This document shows, in pieces, positions 45,657-55,705 of a stretch of 64,000 nucleotides of DNA. Numbering within the stretch: the first letter of the stretch is position 1; each line of letters begins with the position of its first letter. Position numbers and translations under genes: made by a program. Location of the stretch: the NCBI GenBank assembly GCA_027487795.1, contig JAIYCX010000013.1, positions 6,148-70,147 of the forward strand, written 5' to 3'. The notes below the pieces were generated by a model that saw only the letters and a program-made list of their open reading frames with translations, did not search any database and was not told where the DNA came from. This DNA comes from Pseudomonadota bacterium. Its GTDB lineage: Bacteria > Bdellovibrionota_C > UBA2361 > SZUA-149 > DAOLCO01.

Positions 45657-46762
45657 AAGTTTTAGTTTTCATAGAAACAGGCGGCCCAGGTGGGGCAGAA
45701 ATGGTAGTTCTAAAGTCACTACTACTACTTATAAACAAGTCTATTGAAGTACACGTAGCCACACTTCGTGAGGGCTGGCTAACTGAACAACTTGATAGCT
45801 TAGGCATTAAAAGAACTTTACTATCTTCAAATGGCTCATTCGACTGGAAATTAATAAATCAGTTAAAAGATTTAATAAAAAAAGAAAAAATAACAATAAT
45901 ACATTCACACCTACTTGATTCGAACATGTATGCTGCCATAGCAGGCAAGCTTTCAAAGACTCCAGTTATCTGCTCTGAGCATGGGGATATTCATCATATC
46001 AGTAAGAGAAGATTTATTGGAATTAAAGCTAGAATAATAAGTCTTCTTGCAAAAAAAATAATTTCTGTTTCATATTACACTAGAGATGAATTATTACTTT
46101 CCGGAGTTGACCCTCGAAAAGTAGTTGTACTATCTAATCCGCTAGATTTTTCACTTCCGGCTAAAACAATTAGAGAACAATCCAGATGGCAGATTAGGAA
46201 AACTTTAAATATTTCTAATGAAAGTTGGGTTTGGATAAACGTTGCAAACCTAAGACCTGTCAAAGATCAAAAAACATTATTAAGAGGTTTCGCAGAGAGT
46301 AGAACTTTAATTTCAAGAGAGCAACATCTTATAATTGCAGGAGATGGTGAGTTAAGAAAAGATCTTGAAAAAGAAGCAGAGCGATTAGAAATTTCTGAAT
46401 TAGTTCACTTTCTAGGATTCAGAAATGATATTCCAGAATTACTCATGTCTTGTGATGGTTTTATACTTTCATCTCTATCTGAAGCAATGCCATTATCACT
46501 AATCGAAGCAGCTAAGTATAAATTACTCCTAATAGGAACTTACGTTGGTGGGATTCCAGAAGTTATAATAGATAACGAAAGTGGATTTTTATTTGAACCA
46601 AGAAATCCTGATGATCTATCAGAAAAAATGATGTTAGCACTCACCTTAGGAGATGTTTCAAATAATATGAGAGAAAAAGCTCATGTTGAGAACATGAATA
46701 AGTCCAGCTCAGAAGTCGTAATTAATAAGCTGATTGAAATTTATCAAGAAGCACTAGTTTAA
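45653..46762 (+). CDS. Glycosyltransferase family 4
   Basis: GGAE, K...TLL, LGFRNDI...D.F.LSSLSEAMPLSLIEA. Confidence 0.9.
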   Translation: MKVLVFIETGGPGGAEMVVLKSLLLLINKSIEVHVATLREGWLTEQLDSLGIKRTLLSSNGSFDWKLINQLKDLIKKEKITIIHSHLLDSNMYAAIAGKLSKTPVICSEHGDIHHISKRRFIGIKARIISLLAKKIISVSYYTRDELLLSGVDPRKVVVLSNPLDFSLPAKTIREQSRWQIRKTLNISNESWVWINVANLRPVKDQKTLLRGFAESRTLISREQHLIIAGDGELRKDLEKEAERLEISELVHFLGFRNDIPELLMSCDGFILSSLSEAMPLSLIEAAKYKLLLIGTYVGGIPEVIIDNESGFLFEPRNPDDLSEKMMLALTLGDVSNNMREKAHVENMNKSSSEVVINKLIEIYQEALV

Positions 46763-46765
46763 TTT

Positions 46766-48061
46766 CTAATTATTTTTTATTCTAGCTCTTAATTTCTTAA
46801 GCCTCTCAGCAATCTGAAGATCAAGACCCTGATCTTTAGGCTGATAAATTTCTAAGTTATTAATCTTATCTGGCAAATATTTCTCTGGCACAAAAGCATC
46901 TGGGTAGTCATGAGGATACTTATAACCATTTCCGTGACCCATATCTTTCATCATCTCAGTTGGTGCATTTCGAAGACGAAGCGGCACTGGCAAGTCTGCA
47001 TTGTCCCTTATAATTTCTTCCCACTTTCTAAGAGCCATATAACTCGCATTAGATTTAGGACAACAGGCTAAATATACAACGCACTGCGCCATAGGAATAC
47101 GACCTTCTGGAAGACCAACTCTTTCTACTGCTTGTTCACAATTTATCGCCATTTGTAGCGCTCTAGGATCAGCGCTTGCATCTTCACTTGAAAAAATAAT
47201 CATTCTTCGAGTCAAAAATAAAGGATCTTCTCCGCCTTCTAAAGCACGTATCATATAATATAGTGCCGCATCAGGATCAGATCCGCGCATTGACTTAATA
47301 AAAGCAGAAACTAAGTCGTAGTGATAATCTCCTTTTTGATCAAAAGCTAATGGCTGATCCCCATATGCATTTTTAATATCAAGATTAGTAATTAATTTTC
47401 TATTACCTGCTTGCACTAAAGGCACTGCCCACTCTAATGCATTTAATGCTCTTCGAGCATCCCCTGAAGCAATTTTTATTATAGTATCCACTGCTTCAGA
47501 ATCGATAGCTAGTCCCTCCGCACCAAATCCCTTTTCCTTATCATTTAAAGTTTTAGTAACTAGGGATCGAATATCTTCTTCTGTTAGAGCTTCTAGTTTT
47601 ATAACCTTAAGTCTACTTAATAATGCTGAGCGAAGTTTAAAACTTACATTTTCTGTAGTTTGTCCAATTATTGTCAGCAGTCCTGATTCAACATGCGGAA
47701 GAAATGCATCTTGTTGTGTTCTATTAAAACGATGGATCTCATCTACTAAAGCCAAAGTTTTAATTCCGGAGTTACTTAGATTTTTCTCCGCCTCTATTAC
47801 AATTTCACGAAGCTCCTTAACTCCATCCAAAACTCCAGATAATCTAACAAACTTCATTCCAGATTGTGCGGCGATAACTTTAGCCAAAGTAGTTTTACCA
47901 CAACCCGGCGGACCCCAGAATAACATTGAAGGAATAACAGGATTACTTTTTCTTAAAAGTATACCTAGTGCAGAATGTTCACCTATAACATTTTTATGAC
48001 CCACAACTTCATCAATTGTCTCAGGCCTCATTCTATCTGCTAGTGGCGTAGAAAATTTCAT
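46766..48061 (-). CDS. rarA: Replication-associated recombination protein A
   Basis: PLADRMRP, GPPGCGKTT, DEIHRFN..QQDAFLP, SAFIKSMRGSDPDAA, YKYPHDYP. Confidence 0.93.
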   Translation of the reverse strand: MKFSTPLADRMRPETIDEVVGHKNVIGEHSALGILLRKSNPVIPSMLFWGPPGCGKTTLAKVIAAQSGMKFVRLSGVLDGVKELREIVIEAEKNLSNSGIKTLALVDEIHRFNRTQQDAFLPHVESGLLTIIGQTTENVSFKLRSALLSRLKVIKLEALTEEDIRSLVTKTLNDKEKGFGAEGLAIDSEAVDTIIKIASGDARRALNALEWAVPLVQAGNRKLITNLDIKNAYGDQPLAFDQKGDYHYDLVSAFIKSMRGSDPDAALYYMIRALEGGEDPLFLTRRMIIFSSEDASADPRALQMAINCEQAVERVGLPEGRIPMAQCVVYLACCPKSNASYMALRKWEEIIRDNADLPVPLRLRNAPTEMMKDMGHGNGYKYPHDYPDAFVPEKYLPDKINNLEIYQPKDQGLDLQIAERLKKLRARIKNN

Positions 48062-48758
48062 TTTATTTAATTGTCTTGATACTAGACTTATAATAGTTCA
48101 GTTAATAGTATAAATACAAGGCAAGTTAAGAACTAGCTATAGATGCTTATCTCGTAGCCTAAATCTTATCATAAAAAACACAATCACTTGCTGTTTAGCT
48201 TCTTAAATAAAACGAAGTTTTCTTTCTTTCGATACCAACCTCCTTGAAATAATCATACTTTTTTAGAATCTTAATCTACTAAACTTATAGATCTATAGAT
48301 ATAGCTCAAGCATATACAGCTAGTGTTGAATGGATTGATTATAATCAGGCAAGAGAAAAAATAAAATTAGACAGGTCGGAGCTAGAGTAGAGTTTTTAGT
48401 CTTTTATAGTCAATTTGTGGATTATCATAGATAAGGAGATTTTTATAACTGCTACCTGATAAAAGAGGCTAGTACTTTTCCAAATACTTCTTTTTATCGT
48501 TAATAGCTAATACTTAGGGTTTGGAATAAACAGGAAGAGTGGAAGAAAGGAAGAGGAACCCTTCGACAGGCTCAGGGTAGACTTGGAAGGGATTTTAAGG
48601 GAGTATTGGGCAAAAATTTCTGCTTAACTGTAACTTATACGGGAAGCACAAGCCTGCTTACACTTTTTCAAAACTCTTCTTCCTGTTTCTCTACCCTTCT
48701 TAAGCATTTCTTACTGTTTAGTTTCTTAAGAACTGATGAACGATGTATTATATAAACT

Positions 48759-48842
48759 TGCCGAAGGAGAGACTTGAACTCTCACTCCCTTGCGGGAACC
48801 GGATTTTGAGTCCGGCGCGTCTACCAGTTTCACCACTTCGGC
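48759..48842 (-). tRNA. tRNA-Leu(CAA); CCA end not encoded
   Basis: Cloverleaf GCCGAAG...CTTCGGC, anticodon arm CCGGA-CTCAAAA-TCCGG, long variable arm, GTTCAAGTC T-loop. Confidence 0.95.
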
Positions 48843-48994
48843 ATAGGATAGGTAATTTATAGGTACTTACCTTATTTTTTTAATAAATTCTAGAGTATGG
48901 GGGCTATAATCCACTAAAATAAGCATAAACTTATTAAAGTTAATACATAAACTAGACGTTAACTAATATATAGCTATTTTTATATGGATTTAAA

Positions 48995-49438
48995 ATGCTT
49001 CTAGAACGCCTAGCCGCACAAACTGGTTTAGTAAAGGAGTACACAGAGTACAAATTAAAAAGTGCTTTAGAAAAAGCTAATAATTCTGCACAAGCTCAAG
49101 TCTCTAACGAAAATATTACGGCAAGCCAAAAACCAAATAACGATGCTGTCGTTACAAATATAAAAGATTCTGCATTCCAACAAAAACTATATAAAAATAT
49201 CTCAGATTATTATGCTGGGAATGGTAATAGATCAAAAGAGACTAGCTATGAGCTTGCGAGTAAAGATCAGAATAATGCGAGCGTATTAAATAGTCAAAAT
49301 CCTGAAGCTGGTGGAAAATATGCAGGTTACCGCACCGCTGGTTTTACTTATAGCTCTAAAGCAAGGTTTGTTTCAGGGATTGATTCAGCCGTGCAACTAT
49401 CTGAAAGTCTAAAGAAGATTTATAAGATCTCCAAATAA
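48995..49438 (+). CDS. Hypothetical protein
   Basis: 147-aa ORF with no recognised motif. Confidence 0.55.
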   Translation: MLLERLAAQTGLVKEYTEYKLKSALEKANNSAQAQVSNENITASQKPNNDAVVTNIKDSAFQQKLYKNISDYYAGNGNRSKETSYELASKDQNNASVLNSQNPEAGGKYAGYRTAGFTYSSKARFVSGIDSAVQLSESLKKIYKISK

Positions 49439-49554
49439 CTTGACTTAACTATAATTGCTAGTATTAATTAGTCTCAATAAGGGAAGACGAGAATTATCGC
49501 CCAGTGTAGTGTCGTGTAGCTACTATACTGGGCTGATCCAGAATTAGGATTTTT

Positions 49555-51321
49555 GTGGTTTTTTTTAGGAGTACGGAAATGACAAATTCCATTCGTTCAT
49601 TGTTTGAAAAATACACTAAAGAGTGGGCAAAGAAAATTTCAAATTGTGATTCACTCAACACTTTTTTAGAAAAGTATAGAAGTGAAATAAAAGTCCAGTT
49701 TGAAAATTTGACTCACGGACTTAACAAAAATGAAAAGAAAATTGCGTTAGAAATCCAAAGTGAGTACTTGGATATTTTGATAACGTTAGGTGAAACTCAA
49801 TTATTGGGAATCGCACTAGGCGGCCTAAAAGCTGCTATTGAGTATGAAATCAAAAACCAAATGTCAGCTAATGCAAAAATTAGATTTGGCTATCGCTTTG
49901 GTTATTTCCTTTGTCAAATAGGGCTAACAAAATTTGCTCAGGCTTTAAACTCTTATGATTTTACGCCAAAAAACTGGCTTGTAGGTCTGGCAGATTCCAA
50001 ATCCCATGCTCCAGTAATGGAATTTTATGATTTTAGTCGAATACTAAGAGAAGAGCTTAGGTCGATTAGTACCGAAGCTGAACGACTTCTTGATGATAAT
50101 GAAATTAGCATCGGTGAAGAAAAAGGTACTGGTGCATATGTACAAGTACACGAGCTTACTGCTAGTCCAAAAGCAAGAAAAATTCTTGGCATTCCAGAAG
50201 ACATTCCTTTAACATGTCAGATTCAAAAAGAAGGTCTCGGCGATGATCCGAAGGGATTTTATGAAATAACTTTAACTTTTCTTGAACAAAGGGGAAGTAG
50301 AAGAATAGGAAAACTTGATCCTGCTGGTTTAATACCGATTGTCAGAGAGCTACTGGAATCACTCCCAGAGGAGAAGGACTTTACCAAAGTAGCTTGGAAG
50401 AACGAAGCTTGTGCAAAATCATGTTCAAAAATATCAATCAACATAAAGAACATTTTCGGCATAGCAAAAAATGTAAAGAAAGTTTCTGTAAAGTTTGACT
50501 TTGGCAAAGCTTATTGGACTACAAAAAGAGCAAGAATAACAAAGTGCATGGAAGGTAATCACTTCCACTCTCTAGAAACAAAGACAGAACAAGGAAGACT
50601 AGTTCAAATAGTAGTTGCAATTTGTATGTGGATGAAGATTTTCCAAGAGTTGTTTTCTGGTAAAATTTTCAATCCGGATATGCATGCTAGAAATTTCAAT
50701 ACTATGGTCGGAGAAATTGATGGAGATGGCACTTTACATATTCTACTTGGTCTTTTTGACGAGCAGGCAGTTTGTAAAGCACCAACTGAGAGACAAAGCC
50801 TGATGTTTGTTGATATGCTAATGGACGGAATCGGGGCCGCTTTGAAATATGGCCACAATCCAGACCAAGCACTTGCAGAATCCTACTTCAACTTGAGCAG
50901 AAGTATTAATAGACTCACTGGTAAAATCTTTGCTCTGCTTAAAGCAGTAGTAATTAGCACTGATTACCAAAGAATTATTGATCACTTTTTTACTCTGCCC
51001 AATAAAACAGCGGAACTTTATCTGATGATGATTAAAGCGGTAGGCGTTACGGGCGCAATAGATATGGAGATGGCAAGAAAAGTAAGTGATAGATTTATGG
51101 GCATTTGTTTATTGAAGGGAGATAAAAATGATTCAGAAAATAATGCACAGCTTTTAGCTGAAGAAGTATCTCGATCCGAAAATCAGTATCCACTCAAAGA
51201 CTCAAATAGTGCTGCGATAAACTATCTTCAAAAGGGCATGCTTTACTTTATGTTCACCAGCATGAAAAAAAAGCTTACAGGTGATTGGCAAAGTCCATTT
51301 GAAATGATCATCAAAGACTAG
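49555..51321 (+). CDS. UbiB/AarF/ABC1-family atypical kinase-like protein
   Basis: TKFAQAL (KxGQ-like), GTGAYVQVH, FNPDMHARN catalytic loop. Confidence 0.65.
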   Translation: MVFFRSTEMTNSIRSLFEKYTKEWAKKISNCDSLNTFLEKYRSEIKVQFENLTHGLNKNEKKIALEIQSEYLDILITLGETQLLGIALGGLKAAIEYEIKNQMSANAKIRFGYRFGYFLCQIGLTKFAQALNSYDFTPKNWLVGLADSKSHAPVMEFYDFSRILREELRSISTEAERLLDDNEISIGEEKGTGAYVQVHELTASPKARKILGIPEDIPLTCQIQKEGLGDDPKGFYEITLTFLEQRGSRRIGKLDPAGLIPIVRELLESLPEEKDFTKVAWKNEACAKSCSKISINIKNIFGIAKNVKKVSVKFDFGKAYWTTKRARITKCMEGNHFHSLETKTEQGRLVQIVVAICMWMKIFQELFSGKIFNPDMHARNFNTMVGEIDGDGTLHILLGLFDEQAVCKAPTERQSLMFVDMLMDGIGAALKYGHNPDQALAESYFNLSRSINRLTGKIFALLKAVVISTDYQRIIDHFFTLPNKTAELYLMMIKAVGVTGAIDMEMARKVSDRFMGICLLKGDKNDSENNAQLLAEEVSRSENQYPLKDSNSAAINYLQKGMLYFMFTSMKKKLTGDWQSPFEMIIKD

Positions 51322-51342
51322 ATCAATCTAAAGGTTAAACAA

Positions 51343-51378
51343 ATACGGTCGGTGAACTCCAAAAGTCACCGACCGTAT
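51343..51378. terminator. Probable bidirectional intrinsic terminator between convergent genes
   Basis: 13-bp stem ATACGGTCGGTGA/TCACCGACCGTAT; T-rich run follows on the minus strand. Confidence 0.7.
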
Positions 51379-51405
51379 GAAAATCTGGGCCAGCTTCAGT
51401 TTTAT

Positions 51406-52617
51406 TTAAAATTCTTCAAAAAAACTTTTAAGCAAACTTAAACCTTTTGGATTAGCTAAATTAGCGTAAGAAAATAGTACGATTCCATGACTCCCCTTTG
51501 TACTTTCTGTTGCTTTTACTTTCTTAACTTGTTCAATAAGTATATTTTTATCCCCAAGTGATAGCCAAGCACCGACTCCAACGTTTGCTTTTTTGCCGTA
51601 TTCGGATATTGGACTAAACTCCCTAGAGAATCTATCTATTTGAGTTGTATAGTTCATCGTAACTACATTATCTACAAGTCCTTGATCTAACCAAGCTTTC
51701 CAATCTTGACTAGCATGACATTTAGCTTTTGTATAATTTGCTAAAACTGCCGCACTTAGCTCAATCTGAGGAGCAGTCATGTCTAAATTTCGCCTGATGT
51801 GTCTCACGATATCAGTCACAGCTTGTCTTTTAAAATCTGAAGTATCTTCTTGTTTTAGTTCCGACTTAAATTCTGCTTCATTAAGAGATGACCTTAAAAG
51901 TTTAGCTTCTTCAAGTTCTGATTTTGTTAAAAACTGCTTACATAAAGTAGTTTCATTTTCACTATAAGGAAATGTTGTTCTAATCATATCTAAGTGAATT
52001 CCAGAAAGTCCTGGATAGCGAGTAGTTAATTCTTTAGATACTGTAACAAGCGTATTCCTAACTTCTTCATTACTTGGATCTAGCCAAATGCCTGGAGTAT
52101 CAGGACGACAACCTACTGCACCCTCTCCTTTTGTAGAATAAAGAGAAGTTCCTTTAGAATCATACAAGGTCCCTTCTTCGCCGACCTTTTCTAAGATTGG
52201 TGTTGATGTATTTTCTCCAACTCTTAATGCATTAATCCAAGCATGAACTTTGATTCCTCTTTTTTTTGAAAAACTTATGAGTTTATTTATTGGATAGAAA
52301 CCTTTTCTTCTATTCTCATAATATGGAGTACTATCTGAAACTTTCGAAGGGAACCAACTTCTATTATGTCTATATATTTGAACGTATAAATCAGTGAACT
52401 TACTTTTTGATAAAGTATCTAGAAGCTTTTTAAATTCTTTTTTATCACTAAGCGGCCTCACTTCGCCTTCGGCTTCTATCCAAAGTCCGATTTTTCGCTC
52501 TTCAGCTCCTGCATAAGACATAAAGATCAACTCCAGCGAGGAGAGAATAAATAGTGATTTTAGAAATAAATTACTCACAATAATAGTCGAGATCTTAATA
52601 GGATATTTATTCATCAT
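51406..52617 (-). CDS. Glycoside hydrolase-like TIM barrel (GHL10/DUF187, YddW-like)
   Basis: IKVHAW, WLDPSNEEVR, GIHLDMIR, QDW..WL..GLVD...MNY. Confidence 0.82.
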   Translation of the reverse strand: MMNKYPIKISTIIVSNLFLKSLFILSSLELIFMSYAGAEERKIGLWIEAEGEVRPLSDKKEFKKLLDTLSKSKFTDLYVQIYRHNRSWFPSKVSDSTPYYENRRKGFYPINKLISFSKKRGIKVHAWINALRVGENTSTPILEKVGEEGTLYDSKGTSLYSTKGEGAVGCRPDTPGIWLDPSNEEVRNTLVTVSKELTTRYPGLSGIHLDMIRTTFPYSENETTLCKQFLTKSELEEAKLLRSSLNEAEFKSELKQEDTSDFKRQAVTDIVRHIRRNLDMTAPQIELSAAVLANYTKAKCHASQDWKAWLDQGLVDNVVTMNYTTQIDRFSREFSPISEYGKKANVGVGAWLSLGDKNILIEQVKKVKATESTKGSHGIVLFSYANLANPKGLSLLKSFFEEF

Positions 52618-52702
52618 AAATATGTAAATAAAATATAGTACTCATTTTAAGTACCACTATTTAAATAGCGTTGTCTGGCACAATTCATATAACAATATCG
52701 AT

Positions 52703-53458
52703 ATGATTGAAATTGATAGAGTAACAAAAAGATATGGAAATTTTGTCGCAGTAGACAATATTTCTTTGAGCGTGCCGACCGGGAGTGTTTTTGCGTTTTT
52801 AGGAACTAATGGTGCTGGGAAAACTACCACTATTCGCATGATAACAGGTGTAATCCAAGCCACTAGTGGCACTATCACTGTGGATGGACACAAAGTTTCT
52901 ACAGAATCTATTAATGCGAAAAGTATAATTGGAGTGATTCCTGACCGACCTCATTTATATGGAAGATTATCAGGTAGGGAATTTTTAAACTTTTTAGGTG
53001 AGCTTTATAAAGTAGATAGAAGTCTAGCGAATAAAAGAATAGATAGTTTGCTAGAGATGTATGATCTCTTTGAATGGCAACATGAACTAATCGACACCTA
53101 TTCACATGGAATGAAACAAAGACTCATGATGTGCGGATCGCAAATTCATGAACCAAAAGTTTTAATTATAGACGAGCCCATGGTTGGACTAGATCCACCC
53201 GGAGCTAAATTATTTAAAGATAATATAAGAGAATGTGTTAAAAGAGGTCAGACTATTTTCATGTCGACTCATTCACTTCCTGTAGCAGAAGAACTAGCAA
53301 CATCATTAGCAATAATTCAACGCGGTAAAATAATCGCACATGGATCACTGGAAGAACTTTACTCCAGAGCTAAAAAAGATTCGGATGATCTTGAAAAAGT
53401 TTTCTTAGATATAATTAGTCAAAAAGACTTATATCAAGAGGGGCATAAAGAAGATTAA
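52703..53458 (+). CDS. ABC transporter ATP-binding protein
   Basis: GTNGAGKTT, YSHGMKQR, LIIDEP. Confidence 0.93.
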   Translation: MIEIDRVTKRYGNFVAVDNISLSVPTGSVFAFLGTNGAGKTTTIRMITGVIQATSGTITVDGHKVSTESINAKSIIGVIPDRPHLYGRLSGREFLNFLGELYKVDRSLANKRIDSLLEMYDLFEWQHELIDTYSHGMKQRLMMCGSQIHEPKVLIIDEPMVGLDPPGAKLFKDNIRECVKRGQTIFMSTHSLPVAEELATSLAIIQRGKIIAHGSLEELYSRAKKDSDDLEKVFLDIISQKDLYQEGHKED

Positions 53459-53459
53459 A

Positions 53460-55154
53460 ATGTATCCACTACTACTAAAACCCTTAGTTTTAGGGATTAA
53501 AAATGACTTAATAAGAGAATACAAGAAAAACTTCTGGAATAGAACTACATTTGCGTTGATTTTTATGATGTTCATTCTTTTTGGAATGTATGAAATTAGT
53601 TATTCATTTTTTCTAAAGTTCAAAAATCATAGTTTATTTTCAGAAGCATTATTTAGTCAGTTTTTATCATTATCACTTTTAGCTTTATTTTCTGTTACAA
53701 CTTTCTCCTCAGTTGTTTCTTCCATGAGTGCTATTTTTTCTAGTAAAGATCTAGCTCTTTATCTTTCTGCGCCGACATCTTTAAAAAATATATTCAGTGC
53801 TAAACTAATACAGGTGACGATTCTTTCAACTTGGATGTTTAGTTTAATTATGACTGCTTTTGGATTAGGATTAATTAGAGCACTAGATGTGAACATGCTT
53901 CATATTTTTTTATGGATGTCTGGTGGAGTACTTTTTGCTCTTATTCCTGCCGCACTTGGAATAATAATAGTTATTTTTATTGCAAATATTGTCCCCGCTG
54001 AAAGACTAAAAGAAGTAATTATTTTATTTGTAGTAATGGGACTTCTTTCTATCCTGACTTATGATCAAGAAACTACTATGAATACAAAAATGACAGATTC
54101 TGTAAATAAAGCTGTTATTTTATCTAAGAGATTTTCAACTGCAAATATTGAGTTTTTACCTAATCATGCACTAGCAAATATTATCTCTAGTTCTATTTTT
54201 AAACCTAAAGAAATTTTACATTATAGCGGACTGCTTTTCTTAGAATCACTACTTAGTGTTTTATTATCATACATTACTTTTAAAGCATTTTTCCTTAGAG
54301 GCTGGAGTAGATCTACAAATTCAAACGCTCAGAAGATACTCTATAAATCATATCTTAGTAGTAAAATTGGAAATCTATTATTTCCAAAGCCTAGTTGCCT
54401 GAGAGCATTTGCAGGAAAAGAAATTAGAATGTTCGTCAGAGATACAACTCAATCAATTCAGCTTTTGTTGCTGCTGACTTTAACATTTGTTTATTTATAT
54501 AATTTTAGAGCGATTCAAAGTGGTACTATTATAAATGGTGACTACCGTGAAGCTTGGCAGGCACTACTAAGTAGTGCAAATATTATATTTGCTGGTTTTG
54601 TTATTGCAGCGGTGTGTACTAGATTTGTTTACCCGAGTATTAGCTTGGAAGGTACTACTTATCAGATACTACGAAGTGTTCCGATTACCTTGCAAGAATT
54701 TCTAAGGTATAAGTTTCTAACTTGGTTCATTCCGATGTGCGTACTTTCTTTGATTTTATTTATTTCAGGAGGAATGGCGATCCAAGCTGATATGTTTTCT
54801 ATTTTTGGAATGTCAGTAGTTGGTATTTGCTTAGCAGCAAGTCTTGTAGCAGGGGCACTCGGGGTCGGGGCATGTTATGCTAAGTTTAATTGGGATAATC
54901 CAATTCAGGTAACGTCAGGATTTGGAAGCTTAGTTTATATGGCACTATCGATGTTTATAGTTTTTATAAACTTAATACCGGCTTCTATATTTTTTATTTT
55001 TTGTAACGTAAGCTTTTTAAGAACGAAACTAGAAAGTATAGATTTTAATTTCGCTCAAACTTGTTGTCTGTTTATTGTTATTGCCATTAACGGGGCAATA
55101 ATAAGAAAAAGCTTGCAAATCGGTGCTTCAAAGTTAAAAGAACTAGAAGACTAA
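53460..55154 (+). CDS. ABC-2-type permease
   Basis: Multi-TM protein coupled to the ATPase; KEIRMFVRD and SISLEG motifs. Confidence 0.8.
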   Translation: MYPLLLKPLVLGIKNDLIREYKKNFWNRTTFALIFMMFILFGMYEISYSFFLKFKNHSLFSEALFSQFLSLSLLALFSVTTFSSVVSSMSAIFSSKDLALYLSAPTSLKNIFSAKLIQVTILSTWMFSLIMTAFGLGLIRALDVNMLHIFLWMSGGVLFALIPAALGIIIVIFIANIVPAERLKEVIILFVVMGLLSILTYDQETTMNTKMTDSVNKAVILSKRFSTANIEFLPNHALANIISSSIFKPKEILHYSGLLFLESLLSVLLSYITFKAFFLRGWSRSTNSNAQKILYKSYLSSKIGNLLFPKPSCLRAFAGKEIRMFVRDTTQSIQLLLLLTLTFVYLYNFRAIQSGTIINGDYREAWQALLSSANIIFAGFVIAAVCTRFVYPSISLEGTTYQILRSVPITLQEFLRYKFLTWFIPMCVLSLILFISGGMAIQADMFSIFGMSVVGICLAASLVAGALGVGACYAKFNWDNPIQVTSGFGSLVYMALSMFIVFINLIPASIFFIFCNVSFLRTKLESIDFNFAQTCCLFIVIAINGAIIRKSLQIGASKLKELED

Positions 55155-55171
55155 TTTGCTTAAACTGAAAA

Positions 55172-55576
55172 TTAAGCAGCAGCCTTAGGAGCTTTCTTTG
55201 CTGTCTTTTTTGCAGTCTTCTCAGCAGGCTTTTTTTCTGATTTAGTTTGAGTCGCCTTTCTAGCTTTTCTCTTAGCTTTAATCTTATCAGTTCTAGAAGT
55301 CATGATACCTGATAAGTAGCCAGGAAATTGTTTTTCAATAATTTGAGAAACTGTATCTGAACACTGAGCACCAACTCCGATCCAATACTTAAAACGATCT
55401 TCCTTTACGCTAACAGCTTTACTTGCTTCTGGTGAGTCAGCTGCTATTAAAGGATTAAATGTTCCTAAGATTTCAAGAAATCTACCATCTCTTCTTGCTG
55501 ATTTATCTGCGGCAACAAGCCTGTAGAAAGGAAGTTTTTTTCTGCCTAATCTTGAAAGTCTAATTTGAACGGACAT
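55172..55576 (-). CDS. rpsP: 30S ribosomal protein S16 with a Lys/Ala-rich tail
   Basis: IRLSRLGRKKLPFYRLVAAD...RDGRFLEILGTFNP. Confidence 0.95.
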   Translation of the reverse strand: MSVQIRLSRLGRKKLPFYRLVAADKSARRDGRFLEILGTFNPLIAADSPEASKAVSVKEDRFKYWIGVGAQCSDTVSQIIEKQFPGYLSGIMTSRTDKIKAKRKARKATQTKSEKKPAEKTAKKTAKKAPKAAA

Positions 55577-55705
55577 CGTATATCTCTGAAAAATTACTAA
55601 AATTTATGAGGAGTGATTACACGCAAAGCTTTAAATGATCAAGTAAGCTGGTGTAAAAAATAGAGGGACTAAGAAAATGCAGTAAGTAGTTAATATTATT
55701 TACTT

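Noticed and set aside
49499-49533. Riboswitch upstream of the kinase-like gene
   Set aside because: Only a single 12-bp hairpin, with no recognisable aptamer consensus.
48061-51321. Genomic island integrated at tRNA-Leu
   Set aside because: No integrase and no duplicated tRNA 3' end seen; the accessory-looking genes lie on the tRNA's 5' side.
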